From: an uncultured Clostridia bacterium
GTDB lineage: Bacteria; Bacillota; Clostridia; Christensenellales; CAG-917
DNA: 64,000 nt
Assembly (NCBI GenBank): GCA_949286725.1
Contig: CASECZ010000002.1
Span: forward strand, 348,635-412,634
Direction of reading: 5' to 3'
Below are positions 9,890 to 20,100 of the stretch, piece by piece. Numbering within the stretch: the first letter of the stretch is position 1; the number at the start of each line of letters is the position of its first letter. Below the pieces are notes generated by a model. The model was not told where the DNA came from. It saw only the letters and a program-made list of their open reading frames with translations, and searched no databases. The translations under genes were made by a program, and so were the position numbers.

Positions 9890-10012
9890 CGGACGTGTTT
9901 GTTGCTAAAGCGTGCGAACGAGGGCGATGCGGGGAGGTTGAAGGTATGTCGAACGAGCGGGGAGGCGGCACTGAAAAGGAAGGACGACGGCTTAACCCGA
10001 ATAAGTTTTTGG

Positions 10013-10041
10013 TTGACACGCGGGGTGGTTGGTTGTAATAT
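10013..10041 (+). promoter_or_regulatory. Sigma-70-like promoter for pck
   Basis: TTGACA-17 nt-TAATAT. It leaves a ~140-nt leader containing the cgcgcgca/tgcgcgcg hairpin (10061-10081). Confidence 0.55.
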
Positions 10042-10185
10042 TTATAAACGGACGGAATTCGGCGCGCGCACTGTGCGCGCGTTCAAAATGTCCGAGTTGC
10101 CGCACTTTTGCGCAACGGCACAATACGAATTACAATTTGCGGTTCTGTCTTTCTTCGTGTCTGACGGAGTCGCCTCGGAGGTAAT

Positions 10186-11955
10186 ATGAAATTTGACAAC
10201 AAAGGAGTCCAGAAGTTCGTTGACGACAGCGTCGCGCTTTGCACGCCCGACAAGGTCGTTCTCATCGACGGTTCCGAGGAACAGCTCGAATCTCTGCGCA
10301 AAGAGGCAATGTCCACGGGTGAGATGATACAGCTCAATCAGGAATTGCTGCCCGGTTGCTACCTTCACCGTACCGCGGTCAACGACGTCGCTCGCGTCGA
10401 GGGTCGTACCTTTATCTGCACGACCAAACAAGAGGACGCGGGTCCCACCAACAACTGGATGCAGAAAGACGAAGCCTATGAACTGCTCAAAGGCATTTAC
10501 AAGGGCGCTATGAAGGGCAGAACCATGTATGTCATTCCTTTCTCCATGGGTGCAATCGGTTCTCCTTTCTCCAAGATCGGTATCGAACTGACCGACAGCA
10601 TTTACGTTGTCCTCAATATGGCGATTATGACCCGCGTCGGCATCAAAGTGCTCGAAACGCTGGGTGACAGCGACGATTTCGTCCGCGGTCTCCACGCAAA
10701 AGCCGATATCGACGAAGAAAAGAGATATATCTGCCAGTTCCCCGAGGACAACACGATTATGTCCGTCAACTCCGGTTACGGCGGAAACGTTCTGCTCGGC
10801 AAGAAGTGCTTTGCACTGCGTATCGCTTCCTATCAGGGACGCAACGAAGGCTGGATGGCAGAGCATATGCTCATTCTGGGCATCGAAAAGCCCGACGGCG
10901 AGACCAAGTACGTTGCGGCGGCATTCCCCTCCGCATGCGGCAAGACCAACCTCGCTATGCTCATTCCTCCCAAGGAATTTGCGGACAAGGGATATAAAGT
11001 TCACACCGTCGGCGACGACATCGCGTGGATAAGAGTAGGCAAGGACGGCAGACTGTACGCCATCAACCCCGAAAACGGTTTCTTCGGCGTTGCTCCCGGC
11101 ACGAACGCCAAGTCCAACCCCAACGCGCTTGCGACGACGAGAAAGAACACCATTTTCACCAACGTGGTGCACAACCTCGAAAACAACACCGTATGGTGGG
11201 AAGGTCTGGATAAGAATCCTCCCAAAAAAGCTATCGACTGGAAGGGCAATCCCTGGACGGAAGAGGACAGAGCGAACGGCGTAAAGGGCGCGCACCCCAA
11301 CTCCCGTTTCACCGCACCCGCGAAGAACTGCCCCTGCATTTCCGACGAATTCGAAAATCCGCAGGGCGTTCCGCTCGACGCAATCATCTTCGGAGGACGT
11401 CGCGCAAAGACGGCTCCGTTGGTGTATGAGGCGAGAGATTGGGCGAACGGCGTGTTCGTGGGCTCCATAATGGCGTCCGAAACGACTGCCGCGGCAAGCG
11501 GTGCGGTCGGCGTTGTGCGTCGTGACCCTATGGCGATGCTGCCTTTCTGCGGTTACAATATGGGCGATTACTTCCAGCATTGGCTCGATATGGGCGAAAA
11601 GGTTTCCAAACAGCCCAAGATATTCAACGTCAACTGGTTCCGCACCGACGAAAACGGCAACTTCCTGTGGCCCGGATTTGGCGACAATATGCGCGTGCTC
11701 GACTGGATTCTCCGTCGTACCGAAGGTACGGTTGACGCGGTTGAAACGCCTATCGGCTACGTTCCGAAGCCCGAAGACATCGACCTCAACGGCACCGACC
11801 TGACGACAGCGGACGTCGCAAATCTGCTCACCGTGGACAAGGATCTGTGGAGAGAGGACGCAGAGGGTATCGAAGCGTTCTATGCCAAACTCGGCGACAA
11901 ACTGCCTGCCGCGCTGCGCAAGGAACTGAACACTCTCAAAGCAAATCTCGAATAA
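10186..11955 (+). CDS. pck: Phosphoenolpyruvate carboxykinase (GTP)
   Basis: 589 aa. GTP-PEPCK kinase-1a loop FPSACGKTN, conserved WMAEHMLILG and GDDIAWI. GGAGG RBS. Confidence 0.95.
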   Translation: MKFDNKGVQKFVDDSVALCTPDKVVLIDGSEEQLESLRKEAMSTGEMIQLNQELLPGCYLHRTAVNDVARVEGRTFICTTKQEDAGPTNNWMQKDEAYELLKGIYKGAMKGRTMYVIPFSMGAIGSPFSKIGIELTDSIYVVLNMAIMTRVGIKVLETLGDSDDFVRGLHAKADIDEEKRYICQFPEDNTIMSVNSGYGGNVLLGKKCFALRIASYQGRNEGWMAEHMLILGIEKPDGETKYVAAAFPSACGKTNLAMLIPPKEFADKGYKVHTVGDDIAWIRVGKDGRLYAINPENGFFGVAPGTNAKSNPNALATTRKNTIFTNVVHNLENNTVWWEGLDKNPPKKAIDWKGNPWTEEDRANGVKGAHPNSRFTAPAKNCPCISDEFENPQGVPLDAIIFGGRRAKTAPLVYEARDWANGVFVGSIMASETTAAASGAVGVVRRDPMAMLPFCGYNMGDYFQHWLDMGEKVSKQPKIFNVNWFRTDENGNFLWPGFGDNMRVLDWILRRTEGTVDAVETPIGYVPKPEDIDLNGTDLTTADVANLLTVDKDLWREDAEGIEAFYAKLGDKLPAALRKELNTLKANLE

Positions 11956-11986
11956 TTCAGTTGCAAAACCGAAATAAACGTGAAAA

Positions 11987-12020
11987 GCAATCCTTGCCGT
12001 CATCGGCAAGGATTGCCTTT
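11987..12020 (+). terminator. Intrinsic terminator after pck
   Basis: 13-bp stem gcaatccttgccg/cggcaaggattgc, tcat loop, short T tail. Confidence 0.65.
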
Positions 12021-12045
12021 ACAAAATAAATAAAAGGACTATTTT

Positions 12046-13692
12046 ATGGAACTGTACCAAAGATTTCTGACCGAAAATGTTGACAAAGACGGGTTGCTCC
12101 AAAGCATAGACTTTCACGCGCCCGACAACTTCAATTTCGGCTTCGACGTGGTCGACTACTACGGCACCGAGGAGCCGGATAGAAGAGCCATGATTTGGGT
12201 ATCCGATGCGGGAGAGGAAAAAATCTTCACCTTCGGCGATATGATGCGCAAATCCGCACAAACGGCAAACTATCTCAAAGCCCTCGGCATTATTAAGGGG
12301 GACAGAGTGCTGCTCGTCCTCCGCAGGCATTGGGAGTTCTGGCCGATCATCGTCGCTCTTCACAAACTCGGTGCGATATGCATACCCGCCACCGACCAGT
12401 TGAAAGAGAAGGACTTTGTGTACCGCTTCGACGCCGCGGGCGTGAAAGCCATTATCTGCACGGCGTCGGGCAAAGTGTCCGACGAAGCGGAAGCGGCAAT
12501 CGCCAAGTGTCCGCAGGTGGAACTGAAAATCATAGCCAACGGCAAAAAAGAAGGGTGGCATTGCTACAACACCGAAGTCGAAGCCTATTCCGACGTGTAT
12601 CCTCGTCCTACGGACGAGAGTTGCCCTATGCGCGACGAACTTATGCTGATGTACTTCACTTCGGGCACAACGGCATACCCCAAAATCGCCGCGCACGAAC
12701 ACACCTATGCGTTGGCACACTTCCTCACCGCGAAATGGTGGCACAACGTCCGCAAGGACGGCATCCACTTCACCGTTGCGGAAACGGGGTGGGGCAAAGC
12801 CGTGTGGGGCAAACTGTACGGACAATGGCTCTGCGGCGCTTGCGTCTTCACCTACGACTTCGAGAAATTCGACCAGGAAAAGTTGCTCGGTATGATTGAG
12901 AAATACCGCATCACGACTTTCTGCGCGCCGCCCACGATTTACCGCTTTATGATAAAGGCGGATCTCAGCAAACACGATTTGAGTTCGCTCGAATACATCA
13001 CGACGGCGGGCGAAGCCGTCAACCCCGAAGTTTTCAATCAGTTGTACGCCGCAACGTGTCACAAGCTGATGGAAGGCTTCGGACAGACGGAAACCACGCT
13101 CACCATAGCAAACCTGAAAGGAATGACCCCCAAGCCCGGCAGTATGGGCAAACCCACGCCGATTTACAAACTAAAACTCGTTGACGGCGAAGGCAAGGAC
13201 GTGCCTATGGGCGAAGCAGGGGAAATCTGCATAGACATTTCGGAAGGAAAGCCCTATGGGCTTTTCCGCGAATATTATCGCGACCCCGCAAACACGGCGG
13301 CGGTTATGCACGACGGACTGTACCACACGGGCGATATGGCGTACAGCGACGAGGACGGCTACCTGTTCTTTGTCGGCCGCACGGACGACATAATCAAATC
13401 CAGCGGCTACCGCATCGGACCGTTTGAAATCGAAAGCGTGCTTATGGAACACCCCGCGGTTCTCGAATGTGCGGTGACGGGCGTGCCCGACCCGACGAGA
13501 GGGCAGATTGTCAAAGCGACAATCGTCCTCACCAAGAATTATACCGCGAGCGACGAACTCAAAACCGAAATCCAACAGTTTGTAAAACGCCTTACCGCGC
13601 CTTACAAATATCCGCGCGTAATCGACTTCGTGGACGAGTTGCCCAAGACCATTTCGGGCAAAATCCGCAGAACGGAACTTCGCAAGAAATAA
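12046..13692 (+). CDS. AMP-forming acyl-CoA synthetase (medium-chain/ACSM-like)
   Basis: AMP-binding motifs MYFTSGTTAYPK, YHTGDMAY, GYRIGPFEIES, LPKTISGKIRR. 548 aa. Confidence 0.9.
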   Translation: MELYQRFLTENVDKDGLLQSIDFHAPDNFNFGFDVVDYYGTEEPDRRAMIWVSDAGEEKIFTFGDMMRKSAQTANYLKALGIIKGDRVLLVLRRHWEFWPIIVALHKLGAICIPATDQLKEKDFVYRFDAAGVKAIICTASGKVSDEAEAAIAKCPQVELKIIANGKKEGWHCYNTEVEAYSDVYPRPTDESCPMRDELMLMYFTSGTTAYPKIAAHEHTYALAHFLTAKWWHNVRKDGIHFTVAETGWGKAVWGKLYGQWLCGACVFTYDFEKFDQEKLLGMIEKYRITTFCAPPTIYRFMIKADLSKHDLSSLEYITTAGEAVNPEVFNQLYAATCHKLMEGFGQTETTLTIANLKGMTPKPGSMGKPTPIYKLKLVDGEGKDVPMGEAGEICIDISEGKPYGLFREYYRDPANTAAVMHDGLYHTGDMAYSDEDGYLFFVGRTDDIIKSSGYRIGPFEIESVLMEHPAVLECAVTGVPDPTRGQIVKATIVLTKNYTASDELKTEIQQFVKRLTAPYKYPRVIDFVDELPKTISGKIRRTELRKK

Positions 13693-13734
13693 AGTTGCGC
13701 GTAGGTTTTTAAGTTCGCTACACACACGACACAG

Positions 13735-13770
13735 AACGCCCCGTTTGTCGCAAACAGGGCGTTTAGTTTG
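13735..13770 (+). terminator. Intrinsic terminator after the acyl-CoA synthetase gene
   Basis: gaacgccccgtttg / caaacagggcgtt stem with one mismatch, then ttagttt. Confidence 0.6.
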
Positions 13771-14006
13771 CCGAAAACACGTGTTAAACACGTTGAAAGC
13801 AAAAATGCGGCGCGGAAATCAGACGTGCAAAATGTTTGCAAAACGGGATTTGTAAGCGCAATATATGATGTGTTGATTTCAAGGTTGGGGATTGAAAATC
13901 TGCCCCCCTGTTCCGATGGAGATAAGACAAAAAAAACGGGGCAGTAGGAGCAAGAAAATTTTCCATATTTTTCTAACATTAAAGAGAGATTAACTTTAAT
14001 TTAGGG

Positions 14007-14035
14007 TTGACGAATGATAGAGGAGCAATGATAAT
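14007..14035 (+). promoter_or_regulatory. Sigma-70-like promoter for the giant surface-protein gene
   Basis: TTGACG-17 nt-GATAAT in an AT-rich stretch, about 95 nt upstream of ATG 14129. Confidence 0.5.
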
Positions 14036-14128
14036 ATAATTATGCATATAATTCTGCCTGTGTACGCGCGTGTATGTATACGCGACGCGACGGGCAGATG
14101 GGAAGAAAGGCTATTTGAGGTGGGAATT

Positions 14129-17100
14129 ATGAGAAACAACCGAAACAGCTCGAGAAACTTTTTCGTCACGGCTACGCGCTTCGGCATTCTGGCAATGGCG
14201 TTCGCCCTCGTTTTCGCGCTGGTTATAAGCGGCGGCATTTTCGACATCACCGCTTCCTCAGACAACGTCGCGTTGGCAGACGATGAGGTAAACAATACTG
14301 CTCCTGTCCACGGCGTTAATGATTTAAGTGTTGATCAATTGCCTGCATACCCGACTACGGACGAAAGCGGTTTAAGCACGTGGGAATTAACGGTTAATAT
14401 AGGTTCGATCACAACACAGAGCATTACATATTTCTTTGATTATACTTATTCTGGCATTGGCTCGGTTACCGGTGGAACGGGCGGATATACTATTCTCTCG
14501 GATACCAAAAACTGGGGTTGGAGTTTCTTCTGCGGCGTTAACTATGAAATTCCTCAACTTGCCCGGACATTGGTTTCTTATGGATATACGGTTAAAGCAA
14601 CCGTCAGTGCCACCTATAACTCTTCTGATGGCAGTTCTAATCCGAACGGATATTTAATGCAGCTCAACAGTGGCACCGTTACCGCAAAATCCAACGGATA
14701 TGCCAATAGATATACAACTTATGAAGGTGATAACGGTTCATATAATACCGATGTCGTAAAATCCAGCACGCTGACATTGAATTCTTCCAGCAATTACATT
14801 TACATAGGATATTACGAGAAACGCAGTGTTCAAACGGCAGTCGACGTTCAAGTAAAAAACATCAATGTAAAATATACCATTACGAAACAAAACGATAATG
14901 CGGCACCTCAAATAACTGCATTCGGTAATTACAGCGACAGTATAGGTTATGTGGAAGGCAAGAGCTGGGCGCCTGCCGATTCTGTGCTGGCAAACAGCAT
15001 AAACCAAACGATCAGCGAATTGCGTGCAAAAGAGCTTGATCCCACCGTAAGCGATTATTATGCCAGCAATTCTATCATATTGAATTCCTACCGCAATACT
15101 CCCATCAATACAATAAACGATAAATCATATTATAAGCGGCTGACGCTGACTTTATATGATTATTACGGCGTTCCGATAAAAAACGAAGAAGGCGAGATTA
15201 CAGGATATAATCTGAACAGAGGAACAAACGCAAGTTCAGATTGTGCGGGTATAAGACGAATTCTTATAGGCGAACAAGAAGTCGATATTCTACGCGGTGC
15301 GTTTTCGCTGAATACCGAATTTTATTCTGAAGAAGATGACAGCGTGGCTGCGGGCTATGCAACCGTAAGCATTAATTCCAATAGGCTGACGGCCACAATA
15401 GACCTCTATTTCTACACCAATGCGGTATTTGACATTACGGTCGTCGACTCTACCAATAACTCTATGAAAAAAGCCGTGACCGTTTCGGGCATCGACTATA
15501 CCGACCCCGAAAAACCCAATATGACGTCCGATGTTTCCTATTTCGGAACAGACGGTGCAATAGGCTTTGAAGAACTTAACTGGTATCTTGAAAACAGAAT
15601 TTCGGAGGATTATTTTGCATATGACGGCATAATGAACGAACTTACCGAAGATTTCAGCCCTTATCTTTGGTATTATGCCGTTAAGTATTCGCCCACAATG
15701 CCCGCGAAGGGGTCCGATTGGTTTACACCCGATGCAGTCAGTATAAGTTCTGCTTCGTATCCTTTCCAAATTTCTACGATGAGCGACTCGTTCGGGTTTA
15801 ATTACGATTTCGCTACAGGACTTGCAAGAAACAACGCAACGCCTTTGAACGGTGTTGCCGGTCCTACGGGGATAGGTTATTACCTCTTTACGTTTTATGC
15901 TATGGACCTCGCGGGAAACGTTTGCGATGAGTCTACAACGTATTTTGTAAAAGTTGACAATATCACGCCATCAACGACGATTGAGGTGAGCACGGGTGAC
16001 GAAAACGGCTATAATCCCATTCTGAAAGAGGATAACGGAAATTGGACAAACAAAAATATCCGCATTAACGTGTCGTGGGATCTCAATCTTTCGGGCAACC
16101 AGATTACGTTTGCATTTGATGAGTCGTATGTTGTATTCATAAGACAAGGCATCGACGGGAAATACCATATTGCCCAAATCACTCAGGAAGGTAGTCCCGT
16201 AACGTTTGATACGGAAACTGATAAATATGTGCACAAGGTGGGAGAAGAGATTGTATTCGAACTGAAATTTACCGAAACAAGCGGAAAAGGTCAACTCGAA
16301 ATCACATTTACGGGGTGCGATGTTGTCGGTGAATTTTTATACAACGGCTTTTCGCAATTCATTGTGTACAGTGACGGCGACAACAAGGATGCAGAAACCG
16401 GCTTGTCTTCGACAGACAACAGTTGGGTGTATAACGGAATAAACGGAACAATCGGACTTCGCATAGACAAAATCGCTCCCGATGCGGCGCAAATCACTTA
16501 CGGCGATAAAACCGTGAGCGAGTATTTCAACGCGATTTCGGGCGACGTCCTTGCCGTGCCCGATGCGAGAGTGTGGTACACCTCCGCCGAATGGTCCGTC
16601 TCGGCTCTGTTGAAGATACTGTCCGAAGACGATGTCGTCCTCGGCAACCTTACGGAAACGGATTTTGCAAATCTGCACGTCAAAGTCTGGAATTATACCG
16701 ACATCAACGAAATTGCGACAATCAAACTCTCCGATTTGTTTGCCGCGGCAGAAGGCAATCTCGTAAATTACACATATACTCTCGGTGAAATTCTCGACAA
16801 CAACGTCTTTATCGACCTCGATCCCGATGACGCCAAGTTGGCGGGGTTGAGGGTTGTCGTGTTGCAGGTCGAAGATGCGGCGGGCAACGTCAGCGATTAT
16901 ACTGCATATACAATGCTCGTCGACGGTAACGATTACGAAATCGAAGCCGTACTCAAAGAAATGACCGACCTCGAACTCGGCGATATCGGTTTCGTTTTCA
17001 GGGGAGAGGACGGAAGGGCCAAAACCACGTTCAAACGTGGTGAATGGTCTCAACTGGTCATTCAGGGGCTTGCGGAAAATCTCGTTCCTTACGAAATTTA

Positions 17101-20100
17101 CAAGGATAATTATACCGACGATCCTTTCCTGATGTATAAGAGCACGACCTCTCCGCTCAGCAAAGTGTTCTATAACGACGCTATCGTCGAAGAAGGTTAC
17201 GTAAGGGTGAATTCGTCGAATGCCAACATAATCGAACTTTGCATTGACCGTTCGGATTCCATTGCGAATCTGCCGTTTGCCGATCAGGGCAAGGCGCAGG
17301 TCACGATTTCCTTCCGCGAAGTCGTGACGGTTGCCGTAACCAAGACGAGCGTTGAATATAAGGGTGCCGAAACGGTACCTCCCGTCAGCATTTCCAATCT
17401 CGACGCAGACAAGCTCATTCAGATGAAATTCTACAAGGACGGGGAACTCGTGGTCGACAACGAAGGTAAGCCCGTGGCTCCTGCCAATGTCGGGGAATAT
17501 GAACTGGAAGTTTATCTTGCCGACAGCGATACTTATGTCGCTGATGAAGTAAAGATTAAATATAGTATTATTCCTGGTAATATCATTATTACAGTACACG
17601 GTACGGGCGTGTACGGCGACGACGTCAGCTTTACGGTCGACATCGTGAAACCCGACTCTCTCGTGTTTGTAAGCGAGGGTAAGTTTGCTCTTGTCGACAA
17701 AAACCTCAACGTCGGCAAATATGCAATCAAGAAAACCGAGGATTACGTCCTCAACGACAGCGATAAAAACAACTACAATATCACCTACATACTCGGCGAT
17801 TACACCGTGACTCCTCGTCCGCTGACGATAACGTTCGACTCGGCGCAGAAAGAGTACGGAGCCGCCGACCCTGCGACGTACACGTTTACCGTGGACGGTC
17901 TCGGAAACCTCGTGCTCGACAGCAGTATTTTCGGCGGAGCGACCGTTGCCGACGGCAAAGTGTCCGTTAGTTCCGCGTTCGTCACTCGCGAAACCAATGT
18001 CAATAAGTACGGCAATGACAATGTCGGCACATATAAGTTCACGGGTGTTGATACTGCGGCACTCGGACTCAATCCCAACTTTACACTGTCCCTTGCGCAC
18101 GAGCAAGGAGCGCTCGAAATAGCCAAACGCAGCATTACCGTGCGTGCGATAGCAGGGCAGGTATTCAACGACGCAAACAGCAAAAAAGTTCTTTTCGAAA
18201 TCGTTTCCGAAGACGACAAGGAATTCGGACGCGAATTGGTCGGCAAATATCTGCATATCGGCTCGATGATATCCGACGGTGTATATTCCGTACGCCCCGG
18301 CGACCTTCTCAGCTTGCACAACTTCGACGTCGAACTCGACGAACTGATCAACGTATCCGTTGTGACGGGCGACAACGTCGTCGTGTTCGATTTCACTCAA
18401 CAGACCGCGCTTTCGGTGCCCTTCGGGACGACTTTCAATCCCTCTGTGCTCACCAACGCGTCCAACTACAACAGAACAAACTTCGGCAGCGGCTTCAAGG
18501 TTACGTTGAAAGCCGAAATCGTGGGTTACGATACCGCTGCCGTCGACAAATTCGCAAACGGTGCGGGTTCTTACCGCATCGTGATGAGCGTACTGTCTTA
18601 CGTCGACCCCAACAACACCGACGTTAAAGACAGCTACAATTTCGTGTTCACCAACTGCGATTATCTGACCGTCACTCCTGCAAAAGTGACCGTAACGCCC
18701 GCACTTGTCAACAACTCCAAGGTTTACGGCGACGTCGACAACTGGACGTTCACTTACAACTATTCGGGCAGCATAATCGACGCCGGTTACGTCCCCGCGG
18801 CGAATGCGGTCGGCGGCACCATCGTCCGCGCCCTGTACCGTGCCGACGGTACCTTCGTACAGGTAGGCGGGCAGTTCGACCGCGTGACCACCAACGGCAC
18901 GGTTTCCGCACAGGGTCACTACTACGGCGCTTACGTGCTCGAACCTTTGTACTCCAACGACGGCAACGTCACGTTTACGCTCAACGAAACCGCGTTTGCG
19001 GCGCTCCGTTTCGAAATCACGCCGAAAGCCATCAACATCGATGACGCGACCTTCCTCGGCAAGGATAAGAATTTTGACGGCACCAGCTACGTGATTTTCA
19101 AGGGTGAAGAAGAAAAGCGTTCCGCCATCAACATCGCGGGACAACTTGCACAGATTACCGACGACGTGTGGGTCGATTTCGTTGCCAATTACGTTGACGG
19201 CGCAGAACAAGAGGCGTCTGTGGCAGGTACGTACAGCATCAGATTCCACGACTTCGCGCTCAAAGGCGCCGCGGCGGGCAACTATGTGCTTGAAGGCAGC
19301 CTGACACATCTGCTTTCCGGACCGTTTACCATTTCGGGCAGCGGAACGGTGACCATTCAGATTACCAAGAACGACTTTACGATTTCCAAAGAGTACGACG
19401 GCACGACCGCGCTCAGCATCGACGATATCGAGATTTCCATCAGTTCCGCACTCTGCGGTCTGGACGTCAGACTCGAAGCGGGCAGCAGCTTTGTTTCCAA
19501 GAACGTCGGCGAAACCATCAGCATTGGCAATATGGTATTGAGAATCGTAGGCGTGAACCGTTCTATGTTCGAAGATAAATCCGAAGATGCCGACATCGTT
19601 TACCAGGCTGACGGAAATGACACGCTTATCGTTGTCAGCAACGCATACGGCACAATTTCCAAGCGCATGATTTCGCTCAGCGAAATAACGCTCGACGTAC
19701 CCGCCGAGAAGTACTACGACGGCACCAAATCGGTCACCGTAGGCGTTTCGCTCGCGGGCACCGTGTTGCAGACCGGTGACGATTTCGCGTCGCTCGGAAT
19801 TTCCTTCCCCGCGACCGTTCCCGACAAGAACGTCCAGGGCGACAAGAACAATCCGACTGCACAGACTGTCACTTTCGGCGAACCAGTGCTGACCAATACG
19901 AACTACGGTTTCTCCTTTACCGCCGCCGACATCAATGCCGCAAAGAAGGCAAACGTCACCATCAAACCTGCGGTGCTGTCCATCGACTTCTCGTATGATG
20001 AAAACGACGTCGTTTACGACGGCAGCGACGAAGTCAGCATTACCGTTAACGGCATCAAGGTCGAGCAGGGCGCAATTCCCGAAGGTGAGGAAATCGCAAT

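Noticed and set aside
9687-9900. Possible CRISPR-like or tandem-repeat array in the G+T-rich block
   Set aside because: There are only two copies of the ~30-nt unit, and they are imperfect. The 152-nt spacing is not repeated, the short TGTCGG motifs are irregularly spaced, and no cas genes are present.
9605-10189. 194-codon plus-strand ORF (G/V/C/R-rich) across the G+T-rich block and the pck promoter/leader
   Set aside because: It is a product of the G+T skew. It reads through the predicted pck promoter and ends at the pck start region. It has no RBS.
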